Below are positions 12,221 to 24,761 of a stretch of 64,000 nucleotides of DNA, one piece after another. Each line of letters opens with the position of its first letter. Position 1 is the stretch's first letter. Source of the DNA: Acanthaster planci (Eukaryota); assembly GCF_001949145.1 (NCBI RefSeq), contig NW_019091355.1, forward strand, positions 2,069,107 to 2,133,106. Direction: 5' to 3'. The notes below the pieces were generated by a model that was not told the origin of the DNA, searched no databases, and was given only the letters and a program-made list of their open reading frames with translations. Both the position numbers and the translations under genes were made by a program.

Positions 12221-13197
12221 CGGATGGACCCCAGTAGGCGTTTGATAAAGGATTTGACGAGAAACACTCACGTTATTGTACAGAAATAAAATTATTTTCA
12301 TTCCGTCTATAAGAAATCACAAAAATAACATCCATAAAATCGTCTACTCATTAATTTAAACATGGCCTACACAATAAAAAAACTAATTCAAACTAATATT
12401 TTGTCTAAGCAAACAGCCAGAACAAGTAACTTAAACTGTGTGACCTTAAAACTAGTTGTTCTGTGTTTAATATTTGTATTGAATAGGAAATATGTGGCAT
12501 GCACTACATATTAAGTGAAATCAGACTTTCATGCAATCCAAATCCAAATTTATGACTAAATTATAAGACAATAAAGATATACATGTACTATCAGCATATA
12601 CAAACAATTAAAACAGTTGAAGTATTTCAAATACAGGTCTACAGCATGCGGGAACATTGGGGTTGACACAATAGGCAACTTTCCCCAAATGTTTACCGGT
12701 TTTCGTCAAGATTCATAATGAATTACAACTTAAGCCTGCTTGATGTGAGCTACTGATTCATAAATAATCGACTATTTTATGTTAATCACACAGGCTCAAC
12801 ACATTATTTTTAACTTTAAAGAAAAACCACACGGCAGGAGTTTACACTTCTTAAAAACAGATTTCCACAACTGTAATCCTTTGAAGACGGCCAGAAATCA
12901 CTCTGAGTTACACCTACAGGTAGATGCACGTGAAGAGAATGTGTCAAAACTCGGCCTGTTAACTGTCTCTATCTCTTGAGGTACACGTACCTGACGTGTC
13001 CACTTGTCTTCCAGTCTTAAATAATATAAAACACATGCAGTGACGTGAATGGAAGCGTTTACCACGTTTTTCCCATTATCTCCAGAACTTATCTAACATG
13101 ACATTTAGGTGTATTAGATTGTAACAGTGATGCTCGTGTGTCACCGTTAAGTACGCTGAATCAAGCCTGTTTATATATGTTATTATATATGTTATTA

Positions 13198-13900
13198 GCC
13201 CCGATGAACACATCCACTTCATCGAGTGAAACCCCTGGTAGTTGCACAAGGCTGAAGGTGCCAGCATCAAGATGATGTGGTCTTGATTCAAGAATGTGTT
13301 TTCCAGTTGATCTCAGCTCTTTGATAGGATGTACGACTATGTTCTTGAAAATGGACCCTATGATGAGGGTTCCTGTTATTTTCACTGAGCAGAAAGTTTG
13401 TCGAAGGTCTTCAACTCAAAAGTGGCCCTGGCTAGTTGTGACTCATTTCGTTAGGTTGAATCACAATAGGGGTGTTTCACAATAGCGTGCCTCCAAGAGT
13501 TTACAACGCGTTGGCCAATCACAATGCGCGAAATTTGTCGACCCAATCCGCGTTTGGAAAGGGTCGACGGATTTCGCACACTGTGATTGGCCAATGCGTT
13601 GCAAACTTTTGGAGGCGCACTACTGTGAACTGCCCATATTGAAGAAACCTTGTGACGAAAAAAAAACAGCAAAGGTACACCACCCCTACATCGCATCACT
13701 GCATGCAACAACTGGTTTGATACACCAGGATATCGCCTGAAGACTGCAGAGTTTCTTCAGTACATGGCCCATCTATACTTCCAGAAATTTCAAGAGATTC
13801 CCAGAAATAATGCCCTCTTCATTCTACCTTAAAGGCGCCACACAAACGCCTCTCACAATTCTCCTCTTCATTTTTACAACGAAGCATGTGAGGAGCTTAC
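13198..13900 (+). pseudogene. Possible decayed coding fragment of unknown family, interrupted by a MITE
   Basis: Plus frame reads protein-like (PDEHIHFIE*NPW*LHKAEGASIKMMWS*FKNVFSS*SQLFDRMYDYVLENGPYDEGSCYFH*AESLSKVFNSKVALASCDSF). The stops are TGA/TAG, compatible with C>T decay of CGA/CAG. No family recognised. Confidence 0.3.
13465..13640. mobile_element. ~176-bp palindromic MITE, family A copy 1
   Basis: Whole element folds back (…CCTCCAAGAGTTT…TTGGCCAATCACA…GTCGACCC / GGGTCGAC…TGTGATTGGCCAA…TTGGAGG…). AATA…TATT ends. Homologous to 36786-36961 and 40844-41020. Confidence 0.85.
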
Positions 13901-14398
13901 TTTGATGCTTCGTTTGTAGACACTGTCAACTACTCTTTGTTGCTTCATTCTGAAACTTTGAAACACTCAAATTTAAACACTTCTTTTGAAAACTAGAAAT
14001 AAGACCAGCTGTTTGCAGAACAGTTTGCCTTCAGAGGTTTCTCTGTACACAACGTGTAACATGCCCAACTATAACATTTATATACACTCTAATGACACAT
14101 ATCAAATACTCTATGAAATAAATACTTATAGCAATACTGTTTTTCGATCAAAAATAGTCCATTCATTTTTGTAGCACTTCACTTTTTTGTGCTGCATTGT
14201 AATATACCACTGACGTTGCCACCTTTAATGGGATTTCGCACATCCCCCGCTATTCTGTAGAGAAAATGAAAACTTCAATGCCATCTGAGGAGACGTGTGT
14301 GTGTGCATACATGTACAATGCCATGCCCCCATTGCAACTGGTGTGTAACATACCCTTTGATTTTTGCAGTTGCAACAGCTCCGAGACAGTGTTGTAGT

Positions 14399-14899
14399 NN
14401 NNNNNNNNNNNNNNNNNNNNNNNNNNNNNNNNNNNNNNNNNNNNNNNNNNNNNNNNNNNNNNNNNNNNNNNNNNNNNNNNNNNNNNNNNNNNNNNNNNNN
14501 NNNNNNNNNNNNNNNNNNNNNNNNNNNNNNNNNNNNNNNNNNNNNNNNNNNNNNNNNNNNNNNNNNNNNNNNNNNNNNNNNNNNNNNNNNNNNNNNNNNN
14601 NNNNNNNNNNNNNNNNNNNNNNNNNNNNNNNNNNNNNNNNNNNNNNNNNNNNNNNNNNNNNNNNNNNNNNNNNNNNNNNNNNNNNNNNNNNNNNNNNNNN
14701 NNNNNNNNNNNNNNNNNNNNNNNNNNNNNNNNNNNNNNNNNNNNNNNNNNNNNNNNNNNNNNNNNNNNNNNNNNNNNNNNNNNNNNNNNNNNNNNNNNNN
14801 NNNNNNNNNNNNNNNNNNNNNNNNNNNNNNNNNNNNNNNNNNNNNNNNNNNNNNNNNNNNNNNNNNNNNNNNNNNNNNNNNNNNNNNNNNNNNNNNNNN
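14399..14899. other. Assembly gap
   Basis: Run of N. Other gaps at 36329-36374, 38346-38603 and 49749-49813. Confidence 1.
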
Positions 14900-15542
14900 G
14901 TAACAGGGTGAACAATGACAAAGGAATGCTTTTGTTGCACTTCATTTGAATAGCTTGTGACTTCAATTCAGACCGGAGGTCTTGTGTTGATCTTGGGCTG
15001 GTCAGGTCTTGTGGAGGTCTCGACTACAAATACTGCTCTGAGATATACTACGCGGGAGATGAAGTCACATTCTGTATTACATTGCATCATGTCCACTCCC
15101 AATGGAAAGGAGGAAGATTTATCATTGTGCAATCAACCCAACAGCTGAAAAGACATTGAGTAGGAACACTAGGATCCTTGGTTGCAGGTGTGCATCTTGG
15201 GTTTTGACAAAAACGAGGACATTCCACTCCTTACAAGACTTTGTACAGTGTTCTTTAATTGTCAATGCCATGAGTGTGAAGTGAAAAACGAGGAAATCAG
15301 CTGATCAGAGGAAAAGTCACATGACTGTTGGTTGGGAGAGGACCCCACATTGGAAAACCATGTACAATGTACAGATTTGATGGGAAACCTCGGCATAAAG
15401 TTGAAGTAAGAACACTTCTGTTCAAGATCTTAAACTCCAGCAGAAATTGGTGCACGTGCCCAGAACGTCCCATGCGGGCATAAAATGTGCAGTGTGCGGC
15501 CAATAAGTCCCAAGCAAAGGGATACCACTGATATGTAAACAT

Positions 15543-15804
15543 GGGTCATTCCATGAGGTTGGGGCACAATTTGTGAGAGTGTCCATTGTTACACGGGTTC
15601 CTTAAAAATGAACAGCTATTTCCCTCCACAGGTGCATGTGGATTCCCAATTGACATTGTTATACATCTTGAAAGGCTGAATACAGAGGTGTGTGCTATTT
15701 TTACAGGGTAAATGACCTACTCTACAGGTCATGACAGGTGGTAAAAGTTACCCATGTAACAAGGACTCCGTCACAAATTGTGCCCCAACCTCACGGAATG
15801 ACCC
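15543..15804. mobile_element. Sola2-like MITE
   Basis: Long TIRs GGGTCATTCCATGAGGTTGGGGCACAATTTGTGA / TCACAAATTGTGCCCCAACCTCACGGAATGACCC. 4-bp TSD ACAT at 15539-15542 and 15805-15808. GRG terminus plus 4-bp TSD fits Sola2. Confidence 0.8.
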
Positions 15805-16732
15805 ACATAAGCCCTCTCCTGTTCCAGACTGAATGGAAAGGACAGAAGGAGGTCCTCGAACGGAGATGTTTGCACTTTTGCATAATTTGCATACGTGCTA
15901 GTGGGACTAGTGCTAATGCAGGCAAGCAGTTATGACAAGTGCATGTACAGAGGCGAGTTTATCCATCCAATGCAATTGACAATCGACAATTTCAGGACCC
16001 CCTCTCTACCTGACATCGGTATAAGTGTCCCTGCTGATTTCAAACACTGATTAGCATGATTCCTTTCCCCTTTTGAGATCAGATAATGCCTTTAGTTACT
16101 ACATGTAGGAATATCATTCGCAAGAAAGGAAAACCCACATAATCTAACCCGATTAGACGCCATAACTGCGGTTGCATCGCACTCACATGCACATTCTTTA
16201 GCTTGATGCGCGCGTGCATTTGGCAAATCACGACACCCTGTTGGTCAAAGAGGCATATAATGCGCGCGTAACACCTGTCCACGAGCGTTGCGCCACCGCA
16301 GTAATGGATTCTAATTCTGGTGGTCCAATTACACTATATGCACAAATACAAAGACTGAAAAGTAATAGAATCACTGTTTCAATTCTATGGACCTCGTGAG
16401 CAGACCATGAGGGGCGCATATTACATATACAGGTACTTGCACATCTACATTAACTCAGTATTCTCGACCCAAACTTAAAATTGCATATGATCGCACCTTT
16501 TGGTTGATTCTCTGCTGATGCTTAAGCAACACTTGTAATTTAAAAGCTACACCACATAGCAGACTCTCATTTCTCTTGCTTAGCATGTTTGTTTGCCGAA
16601 CAACAGCGATACTATGACGCTGCATTTATCAACAACGACACTGTGACGTTGGGTCCCTGATACCCTCTCGGGTCATTTCTGGTACACGTATCTAAATCAG
16701 AAGAGGTTTTAGATATCACACAACACACATAC

Positions 16733-16981
16733 ATGGGCCAATTTCATAGAGCTGCTTAAGCACAAAATTTGCTTAAGCTTGAAAAAACTTGCTTAAGAAA
16801 ACAAAGGGTTACCAGCTCAAACTCTACCTGATTGTCATGCTAACCAAAAGACAGCTAAATATGATCCCTGAACAATATACACCACATGGAGTTGTGGCAG
16901 GTTACCTGATTTATCAAGCAAGGTTTTCTCGCGCTCAATAAGCAAATTTCGTGCTTAAGCAGCTCTATGAAATTAACCCAT
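16733..16981. mobile_element. MITE with ~40-bp TIRs
   Basis: ATGGGCCAATTTCATAGAGCTGCTTAAGCAC … GTGCTTAAGCAGCTCTATGAAATTAACCCAT. TSD not clear. Confidence 0.8.
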
Positions 16982-18174
16982 ATGAACACTACATGTTATC
17001 ACTCATACTTCAAAATCTACAGCTACAGTGCAACTAATTCACACTTTGTGTAATTAATACAATCAATGCCTCCTCTTTGTATAATGCGAACGATTTAGAG
17101 TATTTACAATTTCTATGTACACTGGAGGTAAAAAGTTAAAAAATTCAAAAAATATTTCTGTACATACATAAAGACACTCTGAATCAGCTATGAGAGGGGT
17201 ATTTGTCTGAGAATTCTGTAACAAAGTGTAACGGAGAAATCACTGTTCATTATTAACTTTCATGGGTGTAGAATGGTACGGTATGTCTTGTCTACACCAC
17301 TTCACGGGGTCAGTGACTTGCAAGTATGGTACAAAACTTGTCAGTAGGTCTGTTCATTGTAAACGTCAGGTGTAATACCAGTCAAGAATATCTGAATATA
17401 TTGGTAGGTTGTTAATCTGTTTCGCAGACAGTTTGAAAGTAGTAATATCCTTACTATGTCAAACGTCAAAGTCAAATGCAGAATATAAAAACTCCGAATG
17501 GCCAATAGGATTTAATTGCATGGTATGGTGCTTGAATACATTGTGAGTGTTACTGTTGCTATATCTCTGGTTCTAAGTGGCCAATTCAGGTGGTCAATCC
17601 TTGAATCAACAGTTCAGCCAGAGTTTATCTCAGCCTCAAATTTGAAAACCTGAAAAATGACCTCTCTGCTTTCACAAGAGGGTTGTGACGACTTTCAGAT
17701 GCTGAAACCAACTTGCCAGGCATCTTTTGCTAGCACATATCCTCCCAGAACCCTCCGTAATTTCCCACTTTGAAGGACGCCCATGACAAATCCTGCACAC
17801 TTCACTGTCTGCAATGAATCTTACCAAATCCTAAAATACCTTGCGCAGTTTGAGGCCAGGGATTGCCGCGGGTTTGGGTAAATCTAGGCTTATGCCTTTT
17901 TTTTGGGTGGGGAGGGAGGATGTGGTCTCACTTTTCACATTGCTTTTTGGAAAAAATTGAATCTGTGGGCACTTTCAGACCTTACGGCTATCAACACCAA
18001 ACAGTTCTTGTCAAAATGAAGAGCTTTATACAGAAAACTTTGATTTGATGCTATTTGGGGAAGAAAAGTGGTTGCAACGTACCAAGGTCAACATTTGGTC
18101 TTTTGTCTCTTCATATGTTTACACAGGACTAAACATGCTCCAGCTTTTGGTACATTACATCTTTCTGAGTCAAC

Positions 18175-21100
18175 TCACCTAAAGTCAACTTTTTCGGAGC
18201 AAGGTAAGACAGCTTCGTCTTTTTCAGCACGGAATGCCGAATTTTCCAGCAACAACAACGAATTGTGAATGGCCGGGGAAATGTCCTGACTGCGCTGTGA
18301 GTCCTTCACAGGTGGCAGCTCAGAATTTTCGGCTGTTGGCAGCTTCTCATCTCGTAGAAAGTGACTGGTGTTGCGGCCGTGTGTCGCATCTATCCCACAG
18401 TGCACCGCAGCGCCCTCTGATTTCGGCAGAGCTTCCCCCTGCAGGAGGTCGTCCATCAAGACATTGCTGGTGGACGGCGTTTCGCTGTGGTCGACAAAGT
18501 CCGCGAGATGGGAAGCACTGTCATCGTCACCGCTGTGTCGATTCTCTGGATGTCCAGGGCTGTGCCTGTCACTGTCTGGGCCATCGGTATAGACAGTGTG
18601 GGGGCTTGCTGGTTTGGATGGGGGAAAGACTTCAGCGCCGTGGAAGATGTAGCGATTTGGAGGTACAAAGAGATAGGAGGATGCTGTGTTCACAAAAAAA
18701 AACACAACAAGAAATTCATAAAACTTGACAAAAAACTAGCATGCTTGTGTGAGACGATGACTTCATACAAACCTAAAGGGTATCTCTCCTGATTGGGCAC
18801 ACCCCGTATATTCGTTCTCTGGAGTTTCCACGCATTCTTGTTTCAGCAAGCTAAGTCACTTTTACCCTTTCTTGGAAATTGACATGGTAGTTTCCCGCAG
18901 GAAGAAACTCACCTTCTAGATACAAGGCAATGCTGCTTCGCCGCTTTCTTCTGGAACGGGCTTCACTAGGAGTTGTCTCATCTTTTGTCTTTAAGATGGC
19001 AGTGACATCTTGTGACCTGCTTGCATCGCCGGGCATCTCGCGACCACTAGCTTTGCCGCTATTTTCAGCCTCCTGACTCAAAGCCTCATTGGTCTCACTG
19101 ATTTCACTCTGCCCACTTTCTGCGAGGACAATGTTATCTGCTGACTGAACACTGGCTTCAGTGTCCTGAGTCCTGCTTCCATCCTCATATACCGTGCTGG
19201 AAATGTCAGAGTTTTGAGCACCATTGCTTTCTTGGGCTTTGTCCCGACAATCCTGGTCTCGAAGAAGCTTGGAGTTGGGCTCCCTAGGAGGGTGCAGCTG
19301 ATCAGTCGTTTCTCTAAATTTTTGGGACAGTCTCTTTTCCTGTTGGGATCCGGCCATTTCACTTGTACAAGTATCAAGACGCCCATTGCCTGAAGTAGAT
19401 ATGTTGGTTTCTGCTGCTGCTTTGCCTGTCAGTCCTACGTTATTGGACTCCGGAGTTTCTGGAAGCCCCAGTGGGCCTGGAACAACTTTCTCTGGAGCAC
19501 TAGAGTTCATAGTCTCTCCAGCCTTAGACTTGTCTCCAACTTCTTGAAACACATCCTGCTCCTCATTTAAATGGTGATCCTCCTCTTGCCGTCGTTCAGA
19601 TCCGCTGATCCAGCTGGTGCTGTCGGCAACTTCAAATCCTCTCTCGAGCTTTTCTGCAGTCACTGCCATTTCAGCCTCGTCGTCTGCAGAGTTGCAGCTG
19701 TCCTCGTCAGGCACGACAGGCATTTCTGACGTCTCCACCAAGGATTTGCCGTCGCAGATCTGATCCCAGCTCTCACCCAGTCGACGACAGATCTCGTTGA
19801 CGATCACGTCACCGTCACCCAGCAGCTCGATGTCAAAGTTCATGTGGTTCAGTGGCTCCCTGTTAATAAGAATCTGGGGCACGTGACCAGGTATGGTATC
19901 TGAGAGCAAGGAAGTATAAAAGAAAAAGTGCATCAGCATCATAGGATCATAACTTTTGACCATTAATGAGCTCATTTGCACAGGCATTAGCTCAAATGTT
20001 CCCAGGCCATTAAAAATCCACCGATGTTTTCTAGGATTTTGCAGGATTCTTGTCGAATCATAAGTATGGGACAACAATGGATATTCCAGGACGGTTCCAT
20101 CAAAAACAAATTTGGAGTCAAATGAACAACTCCAGATCTTACTAGGGATGGTAGCAACCGGCTGCACTTTAAGTGACGACCCAATGACAATGAGTAGATC
20201 CACTTGTTCCTTGTCCTCCTCCAAACAGTGGTAGAAGTCCTTGGGTAGCCCCTCCCCAAAGAAGACGATGTCAGGCTTCATGACAGCGAGCACCTCCGGG
20301 TCCTGGGGACAGCGCGGGCAGAGGGGTACCGTCTGGTTGAAGATGTCGGCTCGGATGGCCTCGGCATCGACCTGGTAGTTGCAGTTGGTACAGCGGGCGG
20401 TGGCAAAGGAGCCTGTGTGGAATACCAGCAGTTTTATTGTCAGCAGAACTGAGTGAACCCTCGGTCAGCTTCACCCTCCAAAATAAGCCATGGTGGAGCT
20501 GGCCGGCCATGGCTGAGATAACACTTGTGCCAACGGAAGCCGCTAACTCGAGGCTACAGACATCTATCATGGGGCAGCCATCTTGCCATTATAAATAACA
20601 AATATAACCCAACTGAGGCTGAAAGGGAAAATATTCTGTATCTTTTTATCAATTTGTGAAGTTGTATTACTATCACCAATGGGTCTACAGGGAACAAGAC
20701 AAACATGGCAGCATTATGATAACGGCCTATGAGCCCCGAGCTGGACCAAAAGAGGGCACTATTTTCCATGCAGACGAGGTTCCTTTGGTGGGAACTGCAC
20801 TTTGCTGGTTTACGAACAACTGTGAATTGCAACTGTGTTACGGTTGCGTTACTACCAACAATATGAACATTCCCCACCAACCTGGCTCTTTCCAACCAAA
20901 GAGGGAGTGCTCAAGGCAGATAGCCAATTAAATAGACTTGTGCATTGTCTCGAGCTGCAGCCAAGATATTCCAAAAGGGCTAGTCTTCAGCACTGGACAA
21001 TTCAATGGGATGTCTGACAACAAGGGGTGAAGAGTGAATGGGTGGGAATAGGTTGACAATATGGGGCTCCATCAATGGTGATCTGCAATGCTGATCAATG

Positions 21101-24058
21101 CCAATGTGACAGTGCCAAACGGACAATGACTGTGCTTTCTTGCAATGTGAACAATATTTCAAGCTGATGTCTTGTTGGTGGGTTCCTTGGCTGTTTCTCT
21201 TCATGTTTCTAAAAGAGGGGAACCTTGCTTGGAACTGGCTCGGTCCACTCAAGGTTTGCGCAACCTGCACTAAGTGGACCAGTTTCTGCTTCTCGGGTCC
21301 ATGCAAAGACGGCAAGGTCGGCGCACCCATGCCAACTGATGCAGGACTCACCGTGGCACTGGAGGACCCTGGTGATTCCGGCCACCTGCTCAAGGGTGTC
21401 AATATTCTGGGAGAAGTTACGCAGCAGCTTGCCGTGCTGCTCCAGCAGGGCAATGAACTTGTGGCAAGAGGAGGGTCTGAACTCGCCAGGGTAGATTTCC
21501 TGGGAAGGACAAAAAGGCATAGAGTGCTTAACTTTAGTCACAGCATGCCTTTGATATTTCGTACCATATCTGACACAATGAGTGAAATTCCTTGTCAGTC
21601 AGTCGAACATTCTAATCATTAATGCACAAAAGAGTATTAATCCTACAAAGAAAGTATTTGCAATGTTATCTACAGTTTCCTGTTATTACTTTGGCAAATT
21701 TGAAGAAGGGTCTTGGGTTCCGTCGGAAGTAGTGGATATCAAAGATGGCTTGTGGGTCAGGCAGGTCAGGGAAGTCAACGGCTAGCCTGGCGTAGATGCC
21801 GTCTCGGGACCTGAAATCGGGGATGCCGCAGGACACTGACACCTGGAAAATGAGGACAAGGGGAGCTTTGAAGTTGGGCAGTGTTCAAGAGGTTATCAGG
21901 CTTGCGGTCACTACTGCTATTTGAAATTGATTCCAAATCAACTCAGGAGTCACGGTTTTGCTCAGAAATTGACTCCAGATTACCAAAACAAAAAAAAAAA
22001 GCGTTAACGCCAGTTAACACCCTTTAAAAATCCAGATTTGTTGGACAAAGATGAGAGCCACTGTTGTTTTACAAGGGGATTGGTGTCCCTGAAAATTGAA
22101 GAATAATGAATTTGCCACTGGCTTCTTCTACTTTGTATAGGTCCCTAGGAAAAATTGCCTGCGGAGAACAACTTCAGGAGTTACATATAATGACTTGGGA
22201 TGTTTTCTTACTCACCCCAGCTCCTGTTAGCACCATAATCCTCTTGGAGACCCGCAGCAGGTTCAGGGCATCATCGAACGTGTTAACATCCGGTAGCTTC
22301 TTGCGGCGGGGAGGCTCCCGCAGCATCTGGAAGTAGTCAGCGATAATGGACCACACCTCAAACTCGTCCAGGTCCTCGGGCAGGGAGGCAGAGACAGTGG
22401 GCAGGAGGCGGGCCAGAATGGCGCGGGGATGCGCGCCCGACATCATCTGCCGCTGCAGCCATCCCATGGGACCTAGGCACAAAGCAAGTCCATCCCAGTG
22501 AATTCAGCGACGTGAGCAGACGTACTTCATGCATATTCACGATCAGAGCCAAGATACACCATTTAGGAATGGTAATTTTGAAATCAAATGAGGTTGACTT
22601 GAACACAAAGGTATACATCAAGAACTTTTCCATTCCCCAGGCTTTATCCATGATCATGATGAATATTTTTAACATTGGAAGCTACGAATCTCAGTCTTGC
22701 TTTTCAAGGGGCTTGATGCCACTTGAAAAGCAACTTAAGCCTACACATAGTACAAAGGGATTTTAAAAATCTATGATACAAGTCAAGGTTTCCAAGCTTG
22801 ATTTCAAGTTAGTTTTGTCAACAAATACCTTTTGGCTGTTCCAGCTCACACTCCCCCAGGCCAAGATCTAGATCTTCCTCGTCCAAGGAGGCTACACTAC
22901 CTTCCCCACTACCAGAGCTGCTGTCATCTTCTTTGTCTTCATCACTCTCCACACAATCAGAGCTGCCCCGACCCGTTGAGGCATTAGTGTCTGAGGCTGG
23001 TGGACTGCTGGAAGACGTTTGGCATGGAAGGCAGTGGTCACGCTCACCTAGGGAAAAAAAAAATTCAATTGAAACCTGTATCTCTGTGCATATTTGCTAT
23101 AAAGCTTTCAGAATTTATCATTGATCAAACTCCTTCCTTGATAATGCAGCCTGGCATGTATGAGGATGAATGCACTGTGTGTGTTGCTCATGGGTCCATA
23201 CAAGAACAGCATGAAAGTGCAGACATGTACAAGTACATCACACTCTTTCAAAGGGGAGGGGGTGGGGAATGAGTGATTTGATGACACACTGACTCAATCA
23301 TTTGAAAAGAGAGAGCAGTTCTCAAAAGCCAAAGCGCTAAGTTTAAATTTTTGATTCCAAAGTTTCCTTATTAGGATGAAAATTAGGCCTAGCCTATTTG
23401 AACTTAACCCTAACCTCCTAGGGTGTAGGTAAAATCGTATTGAAATTGGGCGATTTGGGACTGTTAGGGTCAAAAAGCAGTGAACACGGTGAAGCAGCAT
23501 GAATTTAATGTTTGAGGGAAAACAAAGGGAAGCGGGCCCAATAACCATAAGTTGGAACTTACCTAAAATGATTATGAAAGGGATTGTAAAAATAATCCCC
23601 CCCCAAAAAAATTACATGTAAACAAATTGAAACAGCGCCCTCTCTTGATAGGATTACAGTCTTGCTAGTTGAAAAGCAAACAAACATGCCAAAACAATTT
23701 CGGTAATTAAAACCATACAAGTCGATGGCAACCTTATTTTCTTACATGAATCTGTTTGTGCTGGAAGAAAATCGTTATCGAAATGCGATGGGACGTTGTC
23801 GAGGTTATCGCGTTGGGTTGCGTCCGACGGAAGTTCGTGTTCGAATCCAGCGCCAGATTCGGGGTCGAAGTTGACGGGGTGTTTTCCTTCAAAATGTTGA
23901 CCTCTCGGCGAATAAAGTGAGTTGATTTCATGGCTAGCCGGTAAAACGCCAATTTCTTTGTCGACGTCGTCTGACAGAATGCCGTTTGACCCTTCAGCGT
24001 CGAGTCGGGGACGCTTTTTGGGCGATTCCAAAGAACTTCTTTCGGCAAAGTCCGCCAT
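18175..24058 (-). CDS. SIRT1: NAD-dependent deacetylase sirtuin-1, ~951 aa; exons 24058-23746, 23047-22829, 22472-22216, 21842-21690, 21499-21352, 20412-20143, 19899-18913, 18683-18175
   Basis: [34 protein letters not shown], Zn cysteines (CTNC, CPRC), [23 protein letters not shown] and the SIRT1-specific C-terminal segment [16 protein letters not shown]. All junctions in frame. The terminal AG|GTGAGT at 18179 may be a donor rather than the stop. Confidence 0.96.
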
Positions 24059-24761
24059 GTTGAACTTAAATTGACCCTTTACGTGTTAGCTCTTTCACAG
24101 CGCATAAAAAAGGAGTGGTCAGATTGTATTTGAAATAAAAAATAACAAATCGCAATACTTGATGTTTAAGCTCAGCAAGTTAAAATATTTTAAATTGTAA
24201 ATATATGTCTTTTATTGTATATTTTCAGAAATATTTATACAACTTGTATTTTATTATTATGTCCTTGTCCTTGGCGATCTTCGCTGTTCTATCTCCAGAG
24301 GGGGTCTTCTATTATATAACATGATCGCCTGTCACTTCCGTGCATTGAACATCAAGTGGAACGTTAGTGGATTGACGAATGGTCCTGATTGGTTGAAACT
24401 TTTGGTTTATCTGCACCTCTAATTGATGAAAGGTTATCCAGAGACATATCTATCGACGCATGTTCAGATTTTGAATGAATTATCCACCTAGACAGGTTTT
24501 TCTTCTCAGTGGACAGAAGTCAACTTTATTGAGGATAAATTTTGCTGAGTCAGTTGAGTTAAAGCCGAGGCTGAGATCGCATGAATTGTTGCTGGTAGGC
24601 ACAACCATAGACAGAGACTGATACTATAGACGAGCAAAGAAACAGATAATGCCGGTTCTGAATGTATTCGACTTACCAGGTTCAGGTCGTTGCTAATTGG
24701 CTGAGTTAAAAGGAGCAAACTCCACTTTACAATACAAGGCCATCACGTTAATTTTGCAACC

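Noticed and set aside
14250..14966. Long ORFs at 14.3-14.9 kb and 38.3-38.9 kb
   Set aside because: Artefacts of translation through N-gaps.
18851..20293. 480-aa ORF as a single SIRT1 exon
   Set aside because: It reads through a 243-nt stop-free intron (20142-19900) with canonical GT-AG ends; retaining it would interrupt the catalytic domain.
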